Part shown: positions 55,761 to 64,000 of the stretch, one piece after another
Numbering within the stretch: the stretch's first letter is position 1
Layout of the letters: every line of letters starts with the position of its first letter
Source of the DNA: Candidatus Latescibacterota bacterium
GTDB taxonomy: Bacteria; Latescibacterota; UBA2968; UBA8231
Reading direction: 5' to 3'
DNA length: 64,000 bases
Assembly (NCBI GenBank): GCA_965203175.1
Contig: OZ241867.1
Coordinates: 1,408,001-1,472,000 of the forward strand
Notes under the pieces: generated by a model
What the model saw: the letters and a program-made list of their open reading frames with translations, nothing else
What the model was told of the DNA's origin: nothing
Databases searched by the model: none
Position numbers and translations under genes: made by a program

Positions 55761-57710
55761 ATGAGTCAATTCATCGCCAGCGATAAAAGATGGGTGCCAT
55801 ATCGGGCCTTGCTCGTCGGCGCGTTGATGGCCGTGGTGATCAACACGGTTTTTCCCTATGGCCTCTTGGTGATGGGGACTCTCGATTGGACCGGGGATTT
55901 CATCGCCCTCAGCGCGATTTTCCTCCTCTTTCTCCTCCTGTTAGTCAACATTCCGCTCAAGTGGGTCGGACGCAAATGGAGCTTATCGGCCCAAGAGCTA
56001 GTGGTGATCTACGCCATGATGGTCGCAGCTTCGGCTATTCCCTCCACCGGGGTCACGGCGCAATTGGTGCCCTTTTTGGCCGGAGTCTATTACTATGCCA
56101 CGCCTGAGAACAATTGGGCCGAACTGCTCCATCCCCATATCCAGCCGTGGCTAGCCCCTCAAGACCCGATAGCAGTCAAGTACTTCTACGAAGGGCTGCC
56201 CCAAGAGGTGGCTATCCCCTGGGAAGCGTGGTTGGTGCCCCTGTTGGCGTGGGCTTCTTTTTTGGGCGCGCTCTATTTGATGATGATCGCCCTGTCGGCT
56301 CTGCTCCACGAACAATGGGCCCGCAACGAGCGCTTGATCTTTCCCCTCGTCCAGTTGCCGCTGTACATGATCCACGAGGACGACAGACCTTCAGCAGTCA
56401 ACCCCTTTCTGAAGGAACCGCTGATGTGGTTGGGATTTGCCATTCCCTTCGTCCTCTTGGGGATCAATGCCCTGCACAAGTACTATCCCTTTATTTCTCC
56501 CATCGAGTTGTCAACCCAATTGGCCATCTTCCACGACATGCGGGGCGTCTTGTTCAACTTGTGGTTTATCGTCCTTGGCCTGACGTACTTCTTGAGTCTG
56601 GAAATTTCCTTTAGTCTGTGGTTTTTCTACTTGCTCAACTTCTTCCAGTTGGGCCTTTTCAACACCCTCGGGTTCAGCATTGCAGAAATTCGGCTGATGC
56701 ACACCGAAGGGTCTATCGCCACCGCCCAGCAGGCCATGGGGGCGTTGATTGCCCTCGTGGCGGCCAGTTTGTGGACCGCCCGGCGGCACCTCAAAGAGAT
56801 TGCCATCGGAGCGTGGAAAAAGAAGGAACCGGAAGAGGAGGCGGGGCAGATGCTCTCCTATCGCAAGGCCGTATGGCTCCTAATCGGGGCCTTCCTCTAC
56901 GCGGTTATATGGTTGAAAAGCGCGGGATTGCCCGTGGGGGCGGCGCTGCTGTTGCTCGTTATCGCCTTTGTGGTATTCGTCGGTTTGACGCGGATCGTCG
57001 CCGAAGGGGGCATGGGGTATGGCCGGGCGCAGATGACGCCAACAGCCTTTGCGATCAACGCACTGGGCACGGCACCCATTGGGCCGCGAGGCATGATGGT
57101 ACTCGGGTTTGCCAATGGCTGGGCCGGGGATATCCGCACGACCATTATGGCGGCGGCTTCCAACAGCACCCGGCTGGCCGAGGTCGTCGGGACGCGCCGG
57201 CCGCCGCTTTTTTGGGCTTTGCTCATAGCGATCGCCGTGAGTTTGGTCGCCTCAGCTTGGACAGTACTGTCCATCGCCTACACCTACGGCGGGGTCAATC
57301 TCCACTACTGGTTTTACAGCATTATGGGCCGCTGGACGTTTAACGATATGGCGGCGAATCAGCTCAATCCGGTGGCTGAGTGGAATTTCTGGGGCCCACG
57401 GGGCGCGTTCACCGGCTTGGGGGCTGGGCTGATGTTTCTGTTGTTGTACCTGCGCCACCGCTTCTTGTGGTGGCCCATCCACCCGATCGGCCTGCCGGTG
57501 GGGGGGACCTATGTGATGTTTTTCGCTTGGTCGAGTATGGCACTGGGCTGGCTGGCAAAGTGGATCGTCTTGAAGTACGGCGGAGTTCCTCTCTTTCGCC
57601 GCCTGCGGCCCTTTTTTCTCGGCATGGTATTGGGCCAAGTCAGCAGTGCGGGTCTGTGGATGGCGGTGGACCTGATCGCGGGGTGGGATGCCGTGGTGAC
57701 GCGATGGTAG
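55761..57710 (+). CDS. DUF6785/DUF6784-like polytopic membrane protein
   Basis: YYATPENNW, QWARNERLIFPL, TRIVAEGG, WWPIHPIG, PFFLG. Confidence 0.75.
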   Translation: MSQFIASDKRWVPYRALLVGALMAVVINTVFPYGLLVMGTLDWTGDFIALSAIFLLFLLLLVNIPLKWVGRKWSLSAQELVVIYAMMVAASAIPSTGVTAQLVPFLAGVYYYATPENNWAELLHPHIQPWLAPQDPIAVKYFYEGLPQEVAIPWEAWLVPLLAWASFLGALYLMMIALSALLHEQWARNERLIFPLVQLPLYMIHEDDRPSAVNPFLKEPLMWLGFAIPFVLLGINALHKYYPFISPIELSTQLAIFHDMRGVLFNLWFIVLGLTYFLSLEISFSLWFFYLLNFFQLGLFNTLGFSIAEIRLMHTEGSIATAQQAMGALIALVAASLWTARRHLKEIAIGAWKKKEPEEEAGQMLSYRKAVWLLIGAFLYAVIWLKSAGLPVGAALLLLVIAFVVFVGLTRIVAEGGMGYGRAQMTPTAFAINALGTAPIGPRGMMVLGFANGWAGDIRTTIMAAASNSTRLAEVVGTRRPPLFWALLIAIAVSLVASAWTVLSIAYTYGGVNLHYWFYSIMGRWTFNDMAANQLNPVAEWNFWGPRGAFTGLGAGLMFLLLYLRHRFLWWPIHPIGLPVGGTYVMFFAWSSMALGWLAKWIVLKYGGVPLFRRLRPFFLGMVLGQVSSAGLWMAVDLIAGWDAVVTRW

Positions 57711-57748
57711 CTCATTCGGCCAGCTCCTACATTCCCAATTCCTAATTC

Positions 57749-59392
57749 CTAATCAGCAGGCTCGCGCACGGTCAGCACTTGATTGGCCGCCACATCGCGC
57801 AGCGTCTGGACTGTGCCACTGGGCCAGTGGAGGACGATGCTTTCGACGCTGGAGGCAGAACCCAAGCCAAAGTGTACCTTGAGATCGCTGTGGGAGAGAA
57901 AGCTGGTGCCACTGCGCACCTCGGCGATCTGGCGCTTCCCCTCGGCGCTTATTTCGATCCGGGTGCCGATTCCATCGCGGTTGCTGCGGGTGCCTACGGT
58001 GGCGATTTGCAAGTAGTTGCCCTCGTTGCCGCCATCATTGCGCAGGAGATTGGGAGTGCTATTGAGGTTTAATACGAAGATATCGATATCGCCGTCGCGG
58101 TCGTAGTCGGCAAAGCTGGCACCTCGGCTCACCTCGACTAAGGCAAAGCCCGGCCCGGCGCGTTCGGATACTTCGGCAAAGGTGCCGTCGCCCAAGTTTT
58201 GATAGAGGAAGTTAGGCTCGGCATAGCTGCTGTTGGTATGGGGTAAGTCGGCTTGGGGATAGGTGTGGCCATTGGCCGCAAAGAGGTCTTGATCGCCGTC
58301 GTTGTCAAAGTCGAAAAACCCCGTGCCCCATCCCACCTCGGGAATGCCCCGCGCCGCAACGCGGGATACGAAGGATACGTCGAGAAAAAATGCCCCGCGC
58401 TGATTTTTGTACAGGGTATTGTACTCGCCTTCAAAGTTGGTGACAAAGATATCGAAGTACCCGTCATTGTCGTAATCGCCGACCGCAGCACCCATGCACC
58501 CCTGTTCGGTGCCGTCGCCGCTATAGGCCACGCCCGCGCTGAGGCCCTCGTCCACAAAGGTGCCGTCGCCTTGGTTCTGGTACAGATTGTTGGGAGCCGA
58601 GTCGTTGGCGACGAAAATATCGGGCCAGCCGTCGCGGTTCAAATCGCCGAAGACGACCCCGTACCCATAGTACTTTGCACCGGCGATGCCGGCTTCCTCG
58701 CTGCGGTCGGCCAAGGTGCCGTCACCGTTGTTGCGGTAGAATACATCGCCGGCGGGGAGCAAGCCACGCGGACCGCAAAAAATATCGACGTTCTTCCATA
58801 CGCAGGGAACGGTAGAAGTATAGTCCCGCGAAAAGTCGATATAATTGGCCACGTATAGATCGACATCGCCGTCTAGATCAGTATCGCCGAAAGCGCAGCC
58901 GACGCCCCATCTTTCGTCTCCGCCACCCGCTTTTTCAGTAACATCCGCAAACGTGCCATCGCCCCGATTCTGGTAGAAGGTATTGCGGCCGAAATTGGTC
59001 ACATACAGGTCCAGATCGCCATCGTTGTCGTAGTCCGCAGCAGCACACCCCATGGACCAACTCGTGTCACCCACCCCAGCAGCGGTAGTGACGTCGACAA
59101 AACGATCCCCGTGGTTGCGGTAGAGGTAGTTAGTCGGCTTCTGGCCCGGTGGAAAGCCTTCAAAGCGGGAGCCATTGGCCACGTATAAATCGACGTCGCC
59201 GTCGCTGTCATAGTCGAAAAAGGCCGTGCCCCCCACAGCGGTTTCAACGATGTACTCTTGGGTGCTGCCCGAGACGTTCCGTGCAGTAATGCCGAGTGCG
59301 GCGGCTTGGTCGGTGAACTGAGTAGGCAGAGGTTGGGCTGCTAAGAGGGCCGTACACAGGAGGATGAAGACCCCGCTTACTAGCGCGTGCAT
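57749..59392 (-). CDS. CRTAC1/ASPIC-UnbV FG-GAP protein
   Basis: Signal peptide, DYDNDGD repeats, SNRDGIG, SFLSHS, HFGLG, WPSG. Confidence 0.92.
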   Translation of the reverse strand: MHALVSGVFILLCTALLAAQPLPTQFTDQAAALGITARNVSGSTQEYIVETAVGGTAFFDYDSDGDVDLYVANGSRFEGFPPGQKPTNYLYRNHGDRFVDVTTAAGVGDTSWSMGCAAADYDNDGDLDLYVTNFGRNTFYQNRGDGTFADVTEKAGGGDERWGVGCAFGDTDLDGDVDLYVANYIDFSRDYTSTVPCVWKNVDIFCGPRGLLPAGDVFYRNNGDGTLADRSEEAGIAGAKYYGYGVVFGDLNRDGWPDIFVANDSAPNNLYQNQGDGTFVDEGLSAGVAYSGDGTEQGCMGAAVGDYDNDGYFDIFVTNFEGEYNTLYKNQRGAFFLDVSFVSRVAARGIPEVGWGTGFFDFDNDGDQDLFAANGHTYPQADLPHTNSSYAEPNFLYQNLGDGTFAEVSERAGPGFALVEVSRGASFADYDRDGDIDIFVLNLNSTPNLLRNDGGNEGNYLQIATVGTRSNRDGIGTRIEISAEGKRQIAEVRSGTSFLSHSDLKVHFGLGSASSVESIVLHWPSGTVQTLRDVAANQVLTVREPAD

Positions 59393-59439
59393 CGCTTTTG
59401 CTGCGAAACCAAAGACGAGGACAGGGTGAACGTCATACT

Positions 59440-61146
59440 TTAGGGTGCGGAAATTTTTTCAGAAAAAAACTGGAGATCGAAATAGTTCAAGGACCCATCG
59501 TCCACTTCCACGGTGGGTTGTAGAGCACCACCCCGGTACTGGGTGAGAAAAATATAGGACTTGTACCCCCGGTCTGAAAGACGTTGCAACAGGCGCTCGT
59601 AGTGTCCGGGAGTGGCAACATAAAAGAAAGGTCTTTGGTAAAATTCGCCACAGAGGGCGTGGGGAACCCAGCGCTGGTTGGTGATGACGACCTCTTCGCT
59701 GCGCTGGCGCATCTCGATATTGAGGCGATAGGAGAACGCTTTCTTCTCCGCGAGAATCGAAACTCCATACACCTGGGCAGCAAAGCTAAGCACCAGCACA
59801 GCACCCACCACGAGGACACCTCCGCTGAAGTAGGACCGCTGGCGGTCTAGCCAGTCCAGCAAGTTTCCAGCCGCTAAGACTGCAAAGAGCGGGTAGAGGA
59901 TCAGAAAGTAGCGGTTGCCCCAGTGGATGCCCATGGACCCCACCTTCGGCGCGGCCAAGGCGTAGAGTGCGGCAAAGCTCAAGGCGACCAGCCAAATCCA
60001 GTGTTTAAAAGCAGACGTTTCAGAATCGGCTGAACGCAAAAAGGCTAGGGCTACAAAGGGAGCCGAAGCAAAGAGGGCGTTGGACGATTTGAGCATGTAG
60101 TCGATGGGACTCGCAGAAAAGAAATAGCCCCCGAGAGACAAACCGGCGCTTATCAGGGCCACGGCACTGTACGCGGGCACGGCCTTTTGCAAAGCCGGGG
60201 GCGCAAAGCGCGGGCTGAGTACAAAGGCGAGGACGAACGGCAGGGCGAGGACGAGGGACAGCGAGGGGATCGGGTTGGACGCTATGAAGAGGTTGTAAAA
60301 CACCCGCGGCCGCGCCGCGAGATGGTGGATCCAGTCGGCAGCAATGGCTAGATGCGTATTCAAATGGTAACCAAACGGATGGCCGATGGTCAGCCATTGG
60401 AAGAGCCAGAGCGGCAGGAGGGAAACCAAGAGGATCAGGGCTGACGAGACGAGGATTTTTAATCTGCCGGTACTAGCATAAAAAGCGGTACATAGGGCCA
60501 GTATTAGGCAAAGCAAATAAAACTCGTCCCTGAAATAGACCGATAGCCCGGCCGCGGCCATGCCCAAGCATAGGTGCTTGGGGGCGGAGTCTGCGAGGAA
60601 CTGCAACAGATAGCGCACACTCCAAATTCCCAAGCAAATCGCCGGGGTGTGTTCCCAGAAGACGAGACTATAGAAGAACACCGGCGTACAGAGTCCAGTC
60701 GTGAGGACGGAGACATGCCCGACCGCAATTCGCTGGGATACCAAACTCGCCAGTTGGGCCAAGCCAGCCAGCATGGCCAGTGAGGAAAGCGCCGGTAACA
60801 GATAAAGGCCCCAAGGACCTAAATAGTCAAAGAACAAGGCGGAGATAAGGGCAAAGACCGGCGAGAAAACAGAGTAAAGTTTGCCGGACTCGACGCGCGT
60901 GAAATAGTAGGGCAGGGGATTGTAGACAAAGTCCGGATCGACGATCTGCCCCGGCCAAGGGATGGAAAAGTCTGCGTAGCGACTGTTAGCTAAGGCTTGG
61001 ACTTGGAGGAATTTGTTGGCGTTATCGGTAATCCAAAAGCCGCGTTTTTCGAGGGCGCAGAGGACGGCGAAATAGCAGATTGCGATGGCAAGTAGAGAGC
61101 ACAGGACCGATCTACCGGGATGGAATCGGCGGAAGAAGACGACCAT
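59440..61146 (-). CDS. Putative GT-C membrane glycosyltransferase (LA_3751/LA_3752-like)
   Basis: D...K.LQ after TM1, PVFFYSLVFWEH, FRDE, GIHWGNRY; many TM segments. Confidence 0.7.
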   Translation of the reverse strand: MVVFFRRFHPGRSVLCSLLAIAICYFAVLCALEKRGFWITDNANKFLQVQALANSRYADFSIPWPGQIVDPDFVYNPLPYYFTRVESGKLYSVFSPVFALISALFFDYLGPWGLYLLPALSSLAMLAGLAQLASLVSQRIAVGHVSVLTTGLCTPVFFYSLVFWEHTPAICLGIWSVRYLLQFLADSAPKHLCLGMAAAGLSVYFRDEFYLLCLILALCTAFYASTGRLKILVSSALILLVSLLPLWLFQWLTIGHPFGYHLNTHLAIAADWIHHLAARPRVFYNLFIASNPIPSLSLVLALPFVLAFVLSPRFAPPALQKAVPAYSAVALISAGLSLGGYFFSASPIDYMLKSSNALFASAPFVALAFLRSADSETSAFKHWIWLVALSFAALYALAAPKVGSMGIHWGNRYFLILYPLFAVLAAGNLLDWLDRQRSYFSGGVLVVGAVLVLSFAAQVYGVSILAEKKAFSYRLNIEMRQRSEEVVITNQRWVPHALCGEFYQRPFFYVATPGHYERLLQRLSDRGYKSYIFLTQYRGGALQPTVEVDDGSLNYFDLQFFSEKISAP

Positions 61147-61191
61147 GTATGGAATGCAGCGGAATTTAGCGGTGCGGTCAGAGAAGACGTT

Positions 61192-62226
61192 TTAGGGCGC
61201 ACTAGCCGACAAATTGTCGAAGACGATGAACTGATGCTCGGCCAGCCCCAGTTGCTCGGCTAGTTCATAACCAGCACTCATAGGCAGCGAAGGGTTCAAT
61301 TCCACAATCATCAAGTCCCGCTCCCCAGTGCCGATCTGGCCCAACTGGGCCAGTCCATCCAAGTTGCTCAGCAGGGCATTGCCGCCAACGTAGAGGCTTT
61401 TACCCACTTGCCTGAGATTATCCAACCCATCCAAGTTTTGCAGGACTTGGTTGCGGTTTATGCTCAAAGCACCTCCGATCTCCGTCAGAGCGTTCAACCC
61501 TTCCAAGCTCCTGAGGACGGGATGCTCATCAATGGCCAACCCACCCTTAACAGTCGCAATCCCGTTCAAACCCCGCAGGTCTTTGAGCGCACCATTGAAT
61601 ATGAGCAGCAAATCCCCTTCTACCACTGAGAGACTGCCCAGCCCCTTTAGATCTCGCAGGGCCTTGTTATCCCTGATTTTGATGCTACCCCCCACGTGAG
61701 TCAGCCCGCTCAGACCATCTATGTTAATCAACTCGGTCGTGGCATCGACAAAGAGATGGCCATCGACGCGCCTGAGCGCTTTAAGCCCATCCAAATCCCG
61801 CAGCGAAAAATTGCAGCTAATCTCGAAATTTCCCCCCACGCGTTCTAGCTGTTCTAACCCTTGCAGTGCAATCAATCCATTGGCGAGAATATAGAAATTT
61901 CCTTCTACATAGCTGAGATTGTGCAATCCCTTCAGGTCGGTCAGTGCCCCATTATTCCGAATTGCGAAATCTCCCTCTACTCCGACCAGATTGCGCAGCG
62001 CCTCCATGCTGCTCAAGTACGCATCCTCTAATAAAAAATCCCCCTGCACCACAAAGGCTCTCTTCTGCGCCCTCGCCCAAGCATCTAACTCCTCCTGCGA
62101 CTCAATAACTATCGCCCCAGTCCCGCCAACCGCCAGCAGCTCTTCAGCCTCCCCCTGACAGCCGATCCAAAGGGTGGCTCCCAGGACAGACGCGCCAAAA
62201 CCCCATCTCCAACTAGCCATACTCAT
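61192..62226 (-). CDS. Receptor L-domain/leucine-rich repeat lipoprotein
   Basis: Cys after the signal peptide; ~25-aa repeats N..L..L.GL..L..VGG.L.I. Confidence 0.85.
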   Translation of the reverse strand: MSMASWRWGFGASVLGATLWIGCQGEAEELLAVGGTGAIVIESQEELDAWARAQKRAFVVQGDFLLEDAYLSSMEALRNLVGVEGDFAIRNNGALTDLKGLHNLSYVEGNFYILANGLIALQGLEQLERVGGNFEISCNFSLRDLDGLKALRRVDGHLFVDATTELINIDGLSGLTHVGGSIKIRDNKALRDLKGLGSLSVVEGDLLLIFNGALKDLRGLNGIATVKGGLAIDEHPVLRSLEGLNALTEIGGALSINRNQVLQNLDGLDNLRQVGKSLYVGGNALLSNLDGLAQLGQIGTGERDLMIVELNPSLPMSAGYELAEQLGLAEHQFIVFDNLSASAP

Positions 62227-63893
62227 CCCCCCTTCACGTCTTCTTCCTCCTCTTGAATTTTCAACAAGTTATCCTCGAAAATTTCGACCGAGTACTTCTT
62301 GTGTAACCCGCGCATATACTGCACGTACGCCTTTTGCGAACGTGCAATTTTCACATAAGCCCGCGCGCGTCGCTCTGAAAAAACATGGTAGGGCTTCTTG
62401 GGGGCCGGTTGCTTCTCCTCCACCTTGAATACCGAATACCCTCCTCTCACCTTTACCGGTCCCCCGACATCCCCCACCTGCAGATCTTTGGCTACTTTGT
62501 AGATGTCTTGGTACAGCCCAATCGGACTCAAGACCAACCGCCCCTCGTGGTGCGCCCGCTCCTTGCGAATCGTATAGTCCCTAGCCAACTGCATCGCGTC
62601 GGCACCCCCCACCAACTCCTCTTTCAGGCTGTGGGCCTGCTCCTTAAAGGCCACCAGAATCTCGGTCGCGACAATGTTCTCAAAGCCCTGAAACTTCTCG
62701 GGATTTTGATCGTAAAAGGCGCGCGCCTCTGCATCGGTGATCGGCGGCAGCCGCTCCTCAACCTCTCGCTTTCTCAACGCGCTCACCAGCATATCGCTGC
62801 GCTTATTGTCCACCGCCGCGAGGATTATCTGATGTTTATCCAGTCCCTTGTTGCGGGCCTCTGCCATAAACATCCGATTGGGGATGGCCGAATCCTGTAG
62901 ATAATCGACGATCCAGGTTCGCTTGTAATCGCGCGCATACCCCTCTGCTTTTTCCGGTGCGCTCAGGACAAAATCGTCAATGGTGAGCGCGCCGCCGTTG
63001 TAGCTGCACAATACCTCTTCGCCCTCCTCAGGCGACGCCACCCGCTCTTCAGGCGACAGCGCTAGGCGCATCAGCACGTGGTCTATCTTGTCGTAGTGAA
63101 TTTGCGGCGAGTACTGGTCGCTGAGCGAATCGCGCAGACCTTGGGCGCGCTGTAGGCGCTTTTGGGCGAAAACCTCCTCCTTGACGAATTGGGCTACCTC
63201 CCGAAAGGTGACTGGAGCGTCGTCTAAAACCTTGGCGATCAAGTAGCGCTGCGGGTCGCCGCCCCATGGCAGCGGCTCGGAAACCTCGCCGACCTGCATG
63301 GAAAAGATTATCCGCAGCGGTGGAGCCGTATCGTCAATCGTATAGTACTTTTTTACATCCCCGCCCTGGTCCCGCGTCGCCTCGTAAAGCGAGTGCTCTC
63401 TGGCCAGTTGACTGAAATCAGCGCCAGCCTCTAGTTCGTCGAGCAGGTCGAGGGCCTCGTCTCGGGTCGCTACCAAAATACCCGCATAGCGCAATGCGCG
63501 ATCCCGATGCGAATCCCGGTAGTGCTGCATCAACTCCTCTTCGACAATGGAAATCCGCTGATCAATCTCGATACTTCTGTAGAGCCTGACGGTCTGCTCC
63601 TCGGCGAACTGCTTGAGCTTGTGCTTAAATTCCCGTTCGTCGCCAATGCCAGCTCGTTCCGCCTCGGCGAGCAATAGTTTCTTGTCGATCAGTCCATTGA
63701 GTAGAATCCGATCGGCCTCGACACCGGTCTTACCCATCTGGTAGGCTTTGGGAATATTCGCCGCATAGGCTCTGAACTCGCCGACGGCGATGGGTTGGTC
63801 TGCTATCTGGGCGAGCACTAGATCGTCTTGGGCTACACAGGGAAGCCAGAGCCCTAGGATGCAAACGCCTGAGCGCAGTATTCCATTCTTCAT
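62223..63893 (-). CDS. PpiC/parvulin-type peptidyl-prolyl isomerase with two rotamase domains
   Basis: IL V...EA, GADFSQLAREHS, GGD, GEVSEP; second copy GADAMQLARDY, GDVGGPV. Confidence 0.85.
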   Translation of the reverse strand: MKNGILRSGVCILGLWLPCVAQDDLVLAQIADQPIAVGEFRAYAANIPKAYQMGKTGVEADRILLNGLIDKKLLLAEAERAGIGDEREFKHKLKQFAEEQTVRLYRSIEIDQRISIVEEELMQHYRDSHRDRALRYAGILVATRDEALDLLDELEAGADFSQLAREHSLYEATRDQGGDVKKYYTIDDTAPPLRIIFSMQVGEVSEPLPWGGDPQRYLIAKVLDDAPVTFREVAQFVKEEVFAQKRLQRAQGLRDSLSDQYSPQIHYDKIDHVLMRLALSPEERVASPEEGEEVLCSYNGGALTIDDFVLSAPEKAEGYARDYKRTWIVDYLQDSAIPNRMFMAEARNKGLDKHQIILAAVDNKRSDMLVSALRKREVEERLPPITDAEARAFYDQNPEKFQGFENIVATEILVAFKEQAHSLKEELVGGADAMQLARDYTIRKERAHHEGRLVLSPIGLYQDIYKVAKDLQVGDVGGPVKVRGGYSVFKVEEKQPAPKKPYHVFSERRARAYVKIARSQKAYVQYMRGLHKKYSVEIFEDNLLKIQEEEEDVKGG

Positions 63894-64000
63894 AAATCTA
63901 AAACCATAGTTTGTAGGGTTAATAAACTAGCCGCACAACTGCGACTTCGACATCCTTGGCCTTGTCTGAATCCACTTCGAGACGCAAGAGATAGAGTCCG

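Noticed and set aside
41448-59392. Enediyne biosynthetic cluster
   Set aside because: UnbV-like genes only; no iterative PKS, thioesterase or UnbL/UnbU genes visible

Overview
GC-rich bacterial chromosomal window. Its content (five PhyH dioxygenases, four ASPIC/UnbV-CRTAC1 FG-GAP proteins, two DUF6785-like membrane proteins, a FlgD-Ig/'NYPNPFNP' tail and a C-terminal 'SWGRLK' tag) resembles Latescibacterota/Poribacteria-type genomes; this is an inference. 1-6.9 kb: end of a type I restriction-modification locus (AlbA/RecG-C-like wHTH protein with an internal tandem duplication, hsdR, YgjP/M48 protease) plus a convergent PcfJ-like gene. 7-15 kb: catabolic genes and a DEAD-box helicase. 15.1-23.9 kb: a more AT-rich mosaic island of short genes and gene fragments (4 NUDIX, 3-4 C-N hydrolase pieces, IMPase, GFA, NDT-like). 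It carries attC-like remnants and two identical inverted IS903-like IS5 copies whose 9-bp target duplication is split, so the 4.3-kb segment between them is inverted relative to its ancestral state. 24-41 kb: catabolic/PhyH genes, a deacetylase insertion and toxin-antitoxin remnants. 41-64 kb: a large uncharacterised cell-envelope cluster. A recurring oddity is short orphan copies of neighbouring genes that differ mostly at synonymous positions. No rRNA, tRNA, CRISPR array, integrase or reverse transcriptase was seen. All family assignments come from motif recognition by eye; no searches were run.
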